40,516 nt of DNA from an uncultured Candidatus Poseidoniales archaeon (GCA_964342705.1 CAYFHB010000001.1:1-40516), one strand, 5' to 3'. Shown: positions 17,159-26,054, numbered from the stretch's first letter. The notes: generated from the sequence alone by a model not told the origin. Translations and numbers: made by a program.

Positions 17159-19944
17159 TTGACTTGGCCGAGAAGAATGAGGATGAGATGGTGGGTTACC
17201 GGCAACAGCCGGGTAAGTTGCCATTCGCCAAGCCCGGTTCAGGGGGGAAGGATCGATTCTCTCGACCGACGGATTCTGCGATGATTCCCGAATCTCAGGG
17301 TGGAGACAAGGCCCAACCCTGGGGTTCTCACCGTCACGATGGACTGGTCAGTGGGCAGATCATCGGTAAGCCGACGGCGCTTGTCGATAGTCGCTGGAAG
17401 GTGACTGGACAAGCGCATTATGGCGATGATGTGCGATTGCCGGGCGAGCTGATTGGCAGGATTGTTCGCTCGCCCCATCATTATGCTCGAGTGCTCTCTA
17501 TCGATTGCTCAAAGGCACTCGAATTGCCAGGTGTCGTCGCTATTGCGACGGGGGCTGATGCTGCAAACAAATTCGGCGTGCTTCCGGTCACTAAGGATGA
17601 GCACGCCATGGCTGTCGAGAAGGTTCGCCACGCTGGTGACTTGGTCGCTTGCGTGGCGGCTGAGGATGAGGCGACGGCGCGCGAGGCCGAGCGCTTGATC
17701 GAGGTCGAATACGAGGTCCTAGACTCGATTCACGATATGCGCGACGGCTTGGAAGATTCAGAGAATCCGATTCACGATCGAGGTCGCTACCATATCGGCG
17801 AGGCGAATGTGCAGAAGCGCGTCTTCCAAGAGTTCGGCGATGTCGATGGAATGGCTGGTAATGCGGTCGCCAGCCACAAGCAGAATTGGTTGTTCGCTGG
17901 TGTGAATCACGCGGCGACCGAGCCGCATGCGGTGGTCGCTCATTGGGACCCTTCGGGGCGGCTGACGCTGTACACGCCGCAACAAGTTCCGCATTATGTC
18001 CATCGGGCTTTGGCAGATGTTCTCGAGATTCCGATGCACCAAATCAACGTCCACCGAACCTTTGTCGGTGGGGGCTTCGGCGGGAAGTCCGACCCGTTCC
18101 CTCACGAGATGTGTGCGGCCATCCTAGCGCGAAAGTCTGGCCGCCCAGTCAGGATTACCTTCGACCGCGAAGAGGTCTATTGGATCAATCGCGGTCGCCA
18201 CCCAAGTCGAATCGAAATGAATCTGCACGCAGATTCGCAAGGGCGAATCTGTGGCATCGAAACCGACGCGCTAATCGATGGCGGCGGATTCGCCTCATTC
18301 GGTCACGTCACGACTTACTACAACGGTGTTCTCCACACCGCACCCTACGAAATAGGAGCATTCCACTACACCGGCGCTCGCGTCTGGACCAATAAGCCAG
18401 CTAGCGGCGCTATGCGCGGTCACGGCGCTGTCAATTCGCGCTGCGCGGTTGAGACCGGGCTCGACGACCTCGCAGAGCAACTCGCCGTCGACCCAATCAC
18501 TCTGCGACTGGCAAACCTGTTACCACCACACTCAGCCACCATCACTGGCTTCCGGGTCACAAGTATCGGAATGCGCGAGTGCCTCGAGCGCGTCAAGGCC
18601 GAGAGTGGTTGGGACGAGAAATTCCGCAAGATGCCTCTTGGCAAAGGAATCGGCATCGGCTGCGGATTCTTCATCTCCGGCTCCGGCCTGCCGATTCACT
18701 GGGATCCAAACAAATTCCCACACGCGACGGTCCACCTCAAGATCGACATGGACGGAGGTGTCACCGTTCACACCGGAGCAGCAGACATCGGCCAAGGCTC
18801 AGACACCGTCGTCGCGCAAGCGGTAGCGGAAGTCCTCGGACTCCCCCTCGACATGATCCGCATCAAATCCCGAGACACAGACACATCCCCAGTCGACCTC
18901 GGCTCCTACTCATCGCGTGTCACTTTCATGAACGCCAACGCGGCGATTTCCGCCGCGATGCAGATCCGCGACGAACTCCTCGACGCAACCGCGGAAATTA
19001 CCGGAGCCGACCGAGCTAAACTCGTAATCGGCGACCGCCGAATCTTCGCCAAGAACGACCCGGCGGTCGGCGTCTCCTACCTAGAAGCGCTCCACAAGGC
19101 CCAGGAGGACCGTGGAGCATTGGTCTCATCGGGTGCGTACCGAACGCCCCCGATGGGCCGCACCCACAAGGGCGCAGCCGCCGGCCTAGCGCCGGCATAT
19201 TCGTTCTCAGCCTACGTAGCGGAGGTGTCCGTCGACGTCGAAACCGGACAGACCAAGGTCGAGAAGGTGTGGGCAGCGCACGATTGTGGAAAAGCCCTCA
19301 ATCCACTCTCTGTGAAGGGGCAAATCATCGGCTCCTGCCATATGGGAATGGGTCAAGTTCTCAGCGAGGAAATGCGATACCTTCGCAGCGGCCACCTGAT
19401 GAACCCCGACCTGCTCGATTACAAGATTCCAAGCGTTCACGAGATGCCGGAAGTTGTTCCGATTATTGTTGAGTCGAACGACCCGGAAGGGCCGTTCGGT
19501 GCGAAGGAGGCGGGCGAAGGCCCGTTGTTGCCGATACTGCCCGCCGTCTGTAATGCAGTCTATGATGCGGTGGGCGTGAGGACTGCTGAACTTCCAATCA
19601 CGCCCGATCGAATGCACAAATTGATTGAGAAGAAGTGTAAATCGAGTGGAATCAAAGATCCTCTAGATATGGTCGCGCCGCGGCTCGAGCACTCTGCTCT
19701 GCAGGATGTTCTCGCTGCGCGCGCGAGCGAGCATGCCCAGCGAGACCTCGCTCGCAGGCTCGATGATGACCGCCAACCCTACCACAATGGTGCGCTCTTC
19801 GGCCTCGACCCGACAATTCCACCAGACGAGGTCGATGAGCGCTGGGCGGTCAATGTGATCCCCACCGAGGAATACCTCGCTTCCCCGCGCTTGGCAGGAA
19901 GCGCATGGAAACATACCGAGCGCCGACACCGAGGTGATGCCTGA
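17155..19944 (+). CDS. Xanthine dehydrogenase family, large molybdopterin-binding subunit (aldehyde oxidoreductase / 4-hydroxybenzoyl-CoA reductase-like; not form I CO dehydrogenase)
   Basis: IGKPTALVDSRWKVTGQAHYGDD, RSPHHYARVLSID, FVGGGFGGKSD, ASGAMRGHGAV and FGAKEAGEGPLLPILPAVCNAVYDAVG are present. The GTG start overlaps the small-subunit stop (GTGA). At 929 aa it carries about 68 extra N-terminal and about 100 extra C-terminal residues. Confidence 0.88.
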   Translation: MIDLAEKNEDEMVGYRQQPGKLPFAKPGSGGKDRFSRPTDSAMIPESQGGDKAQPWGSHRHDGLVSGQIIGKPTALVDSRWKVTGQAHYGDDVRLPGELIGRIVRSPHHYARVLSIDCSKALELPGVVAIATGADAANKFGVLPVTKDEHAMAVEKVRHAGDLVACVAAEDEATAREAERLIEVEYEVLDSIHDMRDGLEDSENPIHDRGRYHIGEANVQKRVFQEFGDVDGMAGNAVASHKQNWLFAGVNHAATEPHAVVAHWDPSGRLTLYTPQQVPHYVHRALADVLEIPMHQINVHRTFVGGGFGGKSDPFPHEMCAAILARKSGRPVRITFDREEVYWINRGRHPSRIEMNLHADSQGRICGIETDALIDGGGFASFGHVTTYYNGVLHTAPYEIGAFHYTGARVWTNKPASGAMRGHGAVNSRCAVETGLDDLAEQLAVDPITLRLANLLPPHSATITGFRVTSIGMRECLERVKAESGWDEKFRKMPLGKGIGIGCGFFISGSGLPIHWDPNKFPHATVHLKIDMDGGVTVHTGAADIGQGSDTVVAQAVAEVLGLPLDMIRIKSRDTDTSPVDLGSYSSRVTFMNANAAISAAMQIRDELLDATAEITGADRAKLVIGDRRIFAKNDPAVGVSYLEALHKAQEDRGALVSSGAYRTPPMGRTHKGAAAGLAPAYSFSAYVAEVSVDVETGQTKVEKVWAAHDCGKALNPLSVKGQIIGSCHMGMGQVLSEEMRYLRSGHLMNPDLLDYKIPSVHEMPEVVPIIVESNDPEGPFGAKEAGEGPLLPILPAVCNAVYDAVGVRTAELPITPDRMHKLIEKKCKSSGIKDPLDMVAPRLEHSALQDVLAARASEHAQRDLARRLDDDRQPYHNGALFGLDPTIPPDEVDERWAVNVIPTEEYLASPRLAGSAWKHTERRHRGDA

Positions 19945-20924
19945 TGCGTATGCCTCCATTCAATCTGCACAATCCAAAGAGCCTCGACGAAGCGCTGGCC
20001 ACAGCAGGGGAACTTGCAGCCGCCGGCCACGACTTCGACTGGGTCGCCGGCGGTACCGACCTACTGCCCAATTACAAGTGGCACATCAACGTCAAGCCCC
20101 ACGTGATTTCGCTGGCCGGAGTCAGCGAACTCACAGAGCTAAGCCCAACCCATATCGGCGCGATGGTTCGCCTACACGACCTCGTCGATTCCGAAGCCAC
20201 ACACCCTGTCCTAGCCAAGGCCGCCAACTCAATCGCCAGTGTAATGATTCGCCGCTCCGGAACCGTCGGCGGCAATATCTGCCTCGACACGCGATGCTAT
20301 TGGTTCAACCAGACAGAACAGTGGCGAGAATCAATCGACTGGTGCCATAAGTGCGATTGCGGGACCGAAGCGGACTGCCGAGTGATTCCAAACCAGAATA
20401 CCCTCTGCGTCGCCACCTACCAAGCCGACCTCGCTCCGGTACTGATGTGCCTCGACGCGACTATTCACCTCGCTTCGCCAGAAGGTAAACGCTCGATGCC
20501 GCTCAGCGAATTTTTCCAACTCGACGGGATTACCCGTAATGTGCTGCAGCCCGGAGAGTTGGTCACTCACCTGACTCTGCCCGATGACGCTGGTGAGTGG
20601 CAAGGGGATTACCAGAAGTTGAGGCAGCGCGAGTCTTGGGATTTCCCAGAAGCTGGGGTTGCGGTGCTGTGGAAGAAGAACGGGCATGCAAAACCGGCCG
20701 CGCTCAGAGTGGCAACTACTGGACTCGAATCTATCCCTGGTCTCCACACCGAGCAAGCCGAGGCAACCCTAAGCGACTGGAACGGGAAGGATTCTGTTGA
20801 TTCGCTGGCCGAGGCAGTGCGAAAAGTCGTCAAACCCGTACAAAACACGTGGTACGCGCCTTCGTATAGGAGAAAGATGGTGAAGGTCCTCGTACGTCGA
20901 GCGTGTGCAGGGATGCTGGAGTGA
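19944..20924 (+). CDS. Xanthine dehydrogenase family, medium FAD-binding subunit with a Cys-rich insertion (HcrB-like)
   Basis: PKSLDEALA, VAGGTDLLPNYK and GTVGGNIC form the FAD-binding PCMH-type domain. The insertion is CLDTRCYWFNQTEQWRESIDWCHKCDCGTEADCRVIPNQNTLC. The ATG overlaps the large-subunit stop (TGATG). Confidence 0.88.
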   Translation: MRMPPFNLHNPKSLDEALATAGELAAAGHDFDWVAGGTDLLPNYKWHINVKPHVISLAGVSELTELSPTHIGAMVRLHDLVDSEATHPVLAKAANSIASVMIRRSGTVGGNICLDTRCYWFNQTEQWRESIDWCHKCDCGTEADCRVIPNQNTLCVATYQADLAPVLMCLDATIHLASPEGKRSMPLSEFFQLDGITRNVLQPGELVTHLTLPDDAGEWQGDYQKLRQRESWDFPEAGVAVLWKKNGHAKPAALRVATTGLESIPGLHTEQAEATLSDWNGKDSVDSLAEAVRKVVKPVQNTWYAPSYRRKMVKVLVRRACAGMLE

Positions 20925-20929
20925 GCCGA

Positions 20930-21868
20930 ATGAAGCCACGAATTATGGTTCTGAGCATCATCGTGATGATGCTGCTTCCATTAGCCCCGAGCACCATCGC
21001 GCAACCCGATCCATCGATTGGTAATTGGGAGTTGGGAATCGACTACCCAGAAGAGGATGACTCCAATCCCTTCGTGGTTCAAAAGAATGGCAATACCATC
21101 GTCACGTTTTGGGTCGCCAATGACGGTCTGTTCAACATCAAGGTCTCATTCGAGTACGAAGTCCCTTGGGACGGTCAATTCTCTGGTCCGGAGACTGCCA
21201 CGGTAGGAGCAGGCGCAAACATGTCAATCGACCTAGTAATCGTTGGAATCGATGTCTATGGAATTGATGCCAAGACAAAGGATGCATTCACCATCACCGC
21301 TAATCTGGAAGAGCGAAATGGAATGCCAGCAATTCTTCCAGAATCACAGGAGAAAAGTGGCGACCTAGAAATTCCTGAGATCTTTGAGCTCAGCGTCGAC
21401 CTCGCAGACCCAGTTGGGCCGATGAATGCGGGAACCGATTCCATCCTGCGCGTCACCGTCACCAATAGAGGCAATGCTCGTGACAAGGTTCGCGAGGTCG
21501 AAGTCACAGACGATTGTCCTCTGATGACAACGGATGAAGGACTCGATGTACTTCTCTCAAGAAACCTAGAGAAGGGGGGTTCGACTACAGCCGACCTCAA
21601 GGTGATGGCATCACAGAGTCACCCAGCGCGCAACTGTCGGGTCGAAGTAACGGTGGCATCAGATGGAGCCGACGGTACTCAACTTGCCACCGACTACACC
21701 CGAATGACCGTCGAAACCACGCCGACTAAACCAGATGACCCTGACGACCCTGACGAGCCTAGCGACCCTGTGGAAGTAGTCTCCTCCAACCTTCCTGCAC
21801 CCGGTCTCAGCGTCATCCTAAGCATCCTAATCGGGGCATTGATTGCAAGAAGCTCAAGACGCTTCTGA
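20930..21868 (+). CDS. Secreted surface protein with two Ig-like (CARDB-like) domains, a Pro/Asp linker and a PGF-CTERM-like anchor
   Basis: Signal peptide MKPRIMVLSIIVMMLLPLAPSTIAQP. DLADPVGPMNAGTDSILRVTVTNRGNA is a CARDB-like strand pattern. The linker is PTKPDDPDDPDEPSDP. The C-terminus, PAPGLSVILSILIGALIARSSRRF, is a PGL variant of PGF followed by a TM and a basic tail. The gene starts 5 nt after the FAD-subunit stop. Confidence 0.7.
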   Translation: MKPRIMVLSIIVMMLLPLAPSTIAQPDPSIGNWELGIDYPEEDDSNPFVVQKNGNTIVTFWVANDGLFNIKVSFEYEVPWDGQFSGPETATVGAGANMSIDLVIVGIDVYGIDAKTKDAFTITANLEERNGMPAILPESQEKSGDLEIPEIFELSVDLADPVGPMNAGTDSILRVTVTNRGNARDKVREVEVTDDCPLMTTDEGLDVLLSRNLEKGGSTTADLKVMASQSHPARNCRVEVTVASDGADGTQLATDYTRMTVETTPTKPDDPDDPDEPSDPVEVVSSNLPAPGLSVILSILIGALIARSSRRF

Positions 21869-22058
21869 ATCGACCATTAATCATGCTGCACATGGGCTTA
21901 TTTCGGCGCACTGTGATGGTGTAGAATAAGCAGCGGGAACAGACGAATCGACTTTGTCGAGGTGCCCTGTAGTCAACAACATATATCTGTGGAATGAGGC
22001 TCGCGATAAAGCGTAGGTGTGCCCAGCGTACGCTAGAGATGTAAGGATTGGTATTGCA

Positions 22059-23663
22059 ATGGCTGGCGAGAAATCCGAGGAAGCCAATTTCACCAATATC
22101 GTGGTGGGCTCCATGGCGACCACTCTCGTACTCCTTCTAATCCTCCCAATGATCTTCGTCGCAGGTAAAACAACCTACTATTCCGCCTATGTAGAAGGAG
22201 GGGATACCGATGCGGAGAAACTTGCCCAAGTCTCTGATATGAGGGACTCTCTTGCGGACACTTCTGACTCCGAGATCAACGGTTATTTCATCGCCAATAC
22301 CATGTCGACTCCAATGCTGGTGAACGATTGGAAGGATCCTCACAGAACCGCATTGATGGTCATCGGACCAGAAAAGCCAATCGCTGAGACTGAAGCGCAA
22401 GCCATTTTCGATTTCGTCACCCAGAAAGGTGGTAAGGTAATCGTTGCTGCAGATGGGACAAATGCCAACCGCCTTACTGAGAAATTCGGAGTGACCTTCT
22501 TCGATGCTCCATTGAATGACGAGAACCAATTCTGGCTCGAGTACGAGAATGGGGAGGCGGTGCACGGATCATGGCTCAATGTTTGGAGTTTGGCCACGGT
22601 AGCACAGGACGTGAACAATTTGGATGCATCCTACCTCAGACAGGGTTGTGTTGATGCCCTAGATCGCCCTGAGAATCGCCTGAACTGCCGACTACCGGTT
22701 ATGTTCCGCTCACCAACTGGAATGAAGTTCGAGCCCTTGCCTATGGACACCACAAACCCGAATCATCGTGATGTCAACATCCTCGCAATGGCTTCATCAT
22801 CGGCTTTTATCGACATTCAAGGCAACGGTCGAGCGGATGACCCGAAGAATCCAGCTCCTGGAGATCTCGCGACGATCATCCGTATCGATTATCCCAATAT
22901 CACCGCCTTCGATCAGGTGACCGCCGGAAGCGGAGGGCTCGGGGGGAATACTCGAGAACTAGCGGTCACAGGTAGTATCGTATTCGTCTCGGATGAGGAG
23001 GCGTTCTCTAACCGAATGTGGAATATTGAAGTCGCCGAAGAGAACAGTATGAGTGCAACCTGCGAGCAGCACACGAATCATTGCTGGCGAGACATTGCAC
23101 GAGACACAGATTGGGATGGTAACGAATTGTACTTCGAACTCCTGATCAATGATATGATGGAACACGATAATCAGAAAATGGCGAAGTCCCTTCGTACCGA
23201 TCATAGTAATTTCCAAATCGTCTTCGACGAGAGTCGTCACGTAACTGGAATCATCTCCGCCCCATTCGTCGAAGCGATGGGGACTGTCGTTCTTCTGACC
23301 TCAAATACGTTCCTCAAGTGGCTGGTTGTACTAAACGTCGGCCTGCTGCTTCTAGTCGCCATGATGGTTGTTCCCGAGAAGGAGAATTGGCGACATGTAT
23401 TCGACCTCACGCGGTTCAAGGACCGCCCGAATAAATTGGACCCTGGCACATACCGTAAACGCGTGCAACAGGCGCTTTTCACCAAGGTCAGAGTGCATCA
23501 CGATCTGACCCGCGATCAAATGGCGGTCAAACCACCCGCTGAAATACAGACGATGATCGGAGATCCCCGACTCGTGGAATTGGCATATAGCCAGAGCCGA
23601 AAATACACTCCCCAGGAATTGCGACAGCTGATGGTCGCGATACGACGCTGGGGTAAGAACTGA
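22059..23663 (+). CDS. Bitopic envelope protein with a large extracytoplasmic DUF4350-like domain (tentative)
   Basis: An N-terminal TM (VVGSMATTLVLLLILPMIFVAG) is followed by ALMVIGPEKPIAETEAQAIFDFVTQKGGKVIVAADG, resembling the DUF4350 pattern seen next to MoxR/DUF58 genes. A C-terminal TM (WLVVLNVGLLLLVAMMVV) is followed by an approximately 90-aa basic tail. The ORF is open from a GTG at 22017. Confidence 0.55.
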   Translation: MAGEKSEEANFTNIVVGSMATTLVLLLILPMIFVAGKTTYYSAYVEGGDTDAEKLAQVSDMRDSLADTSDSEINGYFIANTMSTPMLVNDWKDPHRTALMVIGPEKPIAETEAQAIFDFVTQKGGKVIVAADGTNANRLTEKFGVTFFDAPLNDENQFWLEYENGEAVHGSWLNVWSLATVAQDVNNLDASYLRQGCVDALDRPENRLNCRLPVMFRSPTGMKFEPLPMDTTNPNHRDVNILAMASSSAFIDIQGNGRADDPKNPAPGDLATIIRIDYPNITAFDQVTAGSGGLGGNTRELAVTGSIVFVSDEEAFSNRMWNIEVAEENSMSATCEQHTNHCWRDIARDTDWDGNELYFELLINDMMEHDNQKMAKSLRTDHSNFQIVFDESRHVTGIISAPFVEAMGTVVLLTSNTFLKWLVVLNVGLLLLVAMMVVPEKENWRHVFDLTRFKDRPNKLDPGTYRKRVQQALFTKVRVHHDLTRDQMAVKPPAEIQTMIGDPRLVELAYSQSRKYTPQELRQLMVAIRRWGKN

Positions 23664-23688
23664 AAAAATAGAAAATGGAGAGAGAAGA

Positions 23689-24693
23689 ATGACTGAAGAA
23701 AAAGCAGCGACCAAGAAGAAGGCCGCAGGGACCAAGAAAGTGAGCGATAAGCTCGCTGCCGTCGGTGCGATCGGACAAGCGATCAGCACCGAGGTTCAGA
23801 AGGTGATTATTGGAAAGAGCCACGTTATTGACAACGTGATGATCAACATCCTATCCAATGGAAACCTGCTGTTCGAGGATTACCCTGGCCTTGCAAAGAC
23901 CCTGATGACGAATACGTTCGCCGATGCACTCGGCTGCGACTTCAAGCGTGTGCAGTTCACGCCTGACCTGTTGCCAGCCGACATCACGGGAACGAATATC
24001 TACGATGCAAAGAAGGGCGAGTTCACGTTCAAGCCGGGACCGATCTTCTGCAACCTGCTCCTGTCTGACGAGATCAACCGTGCGCCACCAAAGACGCAAG
24101 CGGCTCTGCTCGAGGCCATGCAGGAGAAGCAGGTGACAATCGGAACCGTCACCCACAAACTCCCAGCTCCTTTCCTGACTATGGCAACACAGAACCCTGT
24201 CGAGCAGGAAGGAACCTACCCACTACCTGAAGCTCAACTTGACCGATTTATGTTCAAGATGAGTGTCGGATACCCTGACCGCGCTGATGAGGACGAGATT
24301 CTCGCACGACGTATCGCCCGAAAGAAGGACGAAGTTGAGGTCGACGTCATCACTGACCCAGCCCGCGTGGTTGCCATGCAGCAAGCGATTGAGGAGGTCT
24401 ACGTCGACCCTGCAGTTCGCATGTACATGGTCGAAATAGTCTCGCGAACCCGTGAGGACCCACGAGTTCTCGTCGGTTCCTCGCCACGTGGATCGCAGGC
24501 TCTGTTGAAGACGAGCCGCTCCGCAGCTGCAATGCGTGGACGCGACTTTGTGACTCCTGACGATGTTAAGTCGGTTGCAACCCTCGCGGTCGCCCACCGA
24601 TTGATCCTCAAGCCTGAGCACCAGATCAAGGGACTAGAGACTGACGAAGTCATCTCGGACATCCTGCGTCAGGTGCCAGTGCCAACCGTGTGA
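23689..24693 (+). CDS. moxR: MoxR-family AAA+ ATPase
   Basis: GNLLFEDYPGLAKTLM (Walker A variant typical of MoxR), RVQFTPDLLPADITG, LLLSDEINRAPPKTQAALLEAMQE (Walker B/sensor), ATQNPVEQEGTYPLPEAQLDRF and SPRGSQALL. GGAG lies 8 nt upstream of the ATG. Confidence 0.92.
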   Translation: MTEEKAATKKKAAGTKKVSDKLAAVGAIGQAISTEVQKVIIGKSHVIDNVMINILSNGNLLFEDYPGLAKTLMTNTFADALGCDFKRVQFTPDLLPADITGTNIYDAKKGEFTFKPGPIFCNLLLSDEINRAPPKTQAALLEAMQEKQVTIGTVTHKLPAPFLTMATQNPVEQEGTYPLPEAQLDRFMFKMSVGYPDRADEDEILARRIARKKDEVEVDVITDPARVVAMQQAIEEVYVDPAVRMYMVEIVSRTREDPRVLVGSSPRGSQALLKTSRSAAAMRGRDFVTPDDVKSVATLAVAHRLILKPEHQIKGLETDEVISDILRQVPVPTV

Positions 24694-24716
24694 GACTGTC
24701 AGTCTGGCTGAGTAAA

Positions 24717-24725
24717 GGGAGGTGA
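24717..24725 (+). promoter_or_regulatory. Strong Shine-Dalgarno GGGAGGTGA upstream of the DUF58 gene
   Basis: It is complementary to the conserved 16S rRNA 3' end and lies 6 nt before the ATG at 24732. Confidence 0.55.
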
Positions 24726-24731
24726 GAGCCG

Positions 24732-26048
24732 ATGGCATGGAGCAGAAAATCAGCGATGTTCGCCGCGCTGGCGATAGCGTTGTACCTGCTTGGACTGGTG
24801 CTGCGAAATCAGCAATTGGTCACCGTCGCCGTTGTTCTCCTCTCATTCCTCACCTACGCGGCCTTCCGTACCACCCACGCAGATGTCGCTTCCAGCGGCC
24901 GCCGTATTGACGACGCAGAAGCCGACGCGGGAATCCAATTACAGACAATCGTCGCCATGAGGAAGCTATCATCAGCACGCGTCTTCGAAGACGGCGAGAT
25001 CGATGTCGTTCTCAGAATCCAGAACCGTTCAACTCTCTCCAAGGTTCTGGAGGTTCGAGACCGCGTCCCTGAAGTAATGCGAATCAAGAAGGGGGCGAAT
25101 TATGTCTTGATGGAACTCGGTGGCCGAAAGGAAACCGAGATTGCCTACACGATTGAAGCCCCATTGCGCGGATTCTACACCATCGGGCCCGTATGTGTAC
25201 GCGTACAGGATGCATTCGGACTGTTTCACAATGAGCGCGAGATTCATCTCTACGATGATTTCCTTGTATTCCCGAAGATGGAGGACATCAAGGACGCACT
25301 CATCAAGAGTCGTGTGCCGAAGATCTTCACCGGTGCAGTCAACATCCGCAACCCCGGTGAAGGAACCAACTTTTACAATCTACGAGAATACATACCCGGA
25401 GACCCGATGAAGAAGGTCAATTGGAAGGCTTGGGCTCGCTCTGGTAAGATGATGGTCAATGAATTCGAGCGAGATGCGGTCAGTGACATTATTCTGATCA
25501 TCGACAGCCGCTCGATTAGTGAGACAGGACCGGTAAGCCGGAATTCCCTGGTCTACAGCACTAGAGCGGCTGCCAGTCTCGCACAGTACTTCCTAGCAAG
25601 GCGAGACTCTGTCGGCTTGGTGACCTATGGAGACGAAATCGTCTCAGTCGACCGCGACACCGGAAAGAAACAACTCTACGTGATTCTAACCAAGCTCGCG
25701 GGCGCGATGGCAAAAGGAAACACTCCATTGAAGGTGGTCACCAACCGTATCCTGCCCCACATCAACCGTGGTAGTCCGATTATCATCATGAGTCCACTCG
25801 AGGATGATCAAACCATCATGGATGCAGTGCGCGACCTGCGGGCCCGCAACTTCGACGTAACGATTCTTTCACCCTCGAGCCTTGAGTTTGAGTTCGACGC
25901 ACGAAGACTCGACAGAACTGGATACGAGGTTCTCAAGACCGAGCGTGACATCTTAATCAGCGAGTTGCGAGGTCTTGGTGCGAATGTGATGGATTGGGAA
26001 CCAGACATGATGCTGGTTACGGCGCTCGCTGGAGCAAGAGGATTCTGA
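24732..26048 (+). CDS. DUF58 domain protein (vWA-like fold), N-terminally membrane-anchored
   Basis: Two N-terminal TM segments, the hallmark NFYNLREYIPGDPMKKVNWKAWARSGKMMVNEFE, then IILIIDSRS (vWA-like beta strand). Confidence 0.88.
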   Translation: MAWSRKSAMFAALAIALYLLGLVLRNQQLVTVAVVLLSFLTYAAFRTTHADVASSGRRIDDAEADAGIQLQTIVAMRKLSSARVFEDGEIDVVLRIQNRSTLSKVLEVRDRVPEVMRIKKGANYVLMELGGRKETEIAYTIEAPLRGFYTIGPVCVRVQDAFGLFHNEREIHLYDDFLVFPKMEDIKDALIKSRVPKIFTGAVNIRNPGEGTNFYNLREYIPGDPMKKVNWKAWARSGKMMVNEFERDAVSDIILIIDSRSISETGPVSRNSLVYSTRAAASLAQYFLARRDSVGLVTYGDEIVSVDRDTGKKQLYVILTKLAGAMAKGNTPLKVVTNRILPHINRGSPIIIMSPLEDDQTIMDAVRDLRARNFDVTILSPSSLEFEFDARRLDRTGYEVLKTERDILISELRGLGANVMDWEPDMMLVTALAGARGF

Positions 26049-26054
26049 GGTGAG

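Noticed and set aside
16577-20924. Annotating the S-L-M genes as aerobic carbon monoxide dehydrogenase (coxSLM), or as periplasmic
   Set aside because: The large subunit lacks the form I active-site loop AYxCSFR, and its loop (GAMRGHG) does not match form II (AYRGAGR) either. The S-L-M gene order and the HcrB-like insert point elsewhere in the XDH family. No twin-arginine or Sec signal is present on any subunit.
21734-21769. A tandem 9-nt DNA repeat (GACCCTGAC-like units)
   Set aside because: It lies within coding sequence and simply encodes the PDDPDDPDEPSDP linker preceding the PGF-CTERM-like anchor. It is not an independent repeat element.
21881-22123. An 80-aa - strand ORF in the spacer before the MoxR module
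   Set aside because: It overlaps the start of the DUF4350-like gene and has no ribosome binding site or motif. The region is better explained as a promoter/5' UTR, with a TATA-like ACATATAT at 21979-21986.
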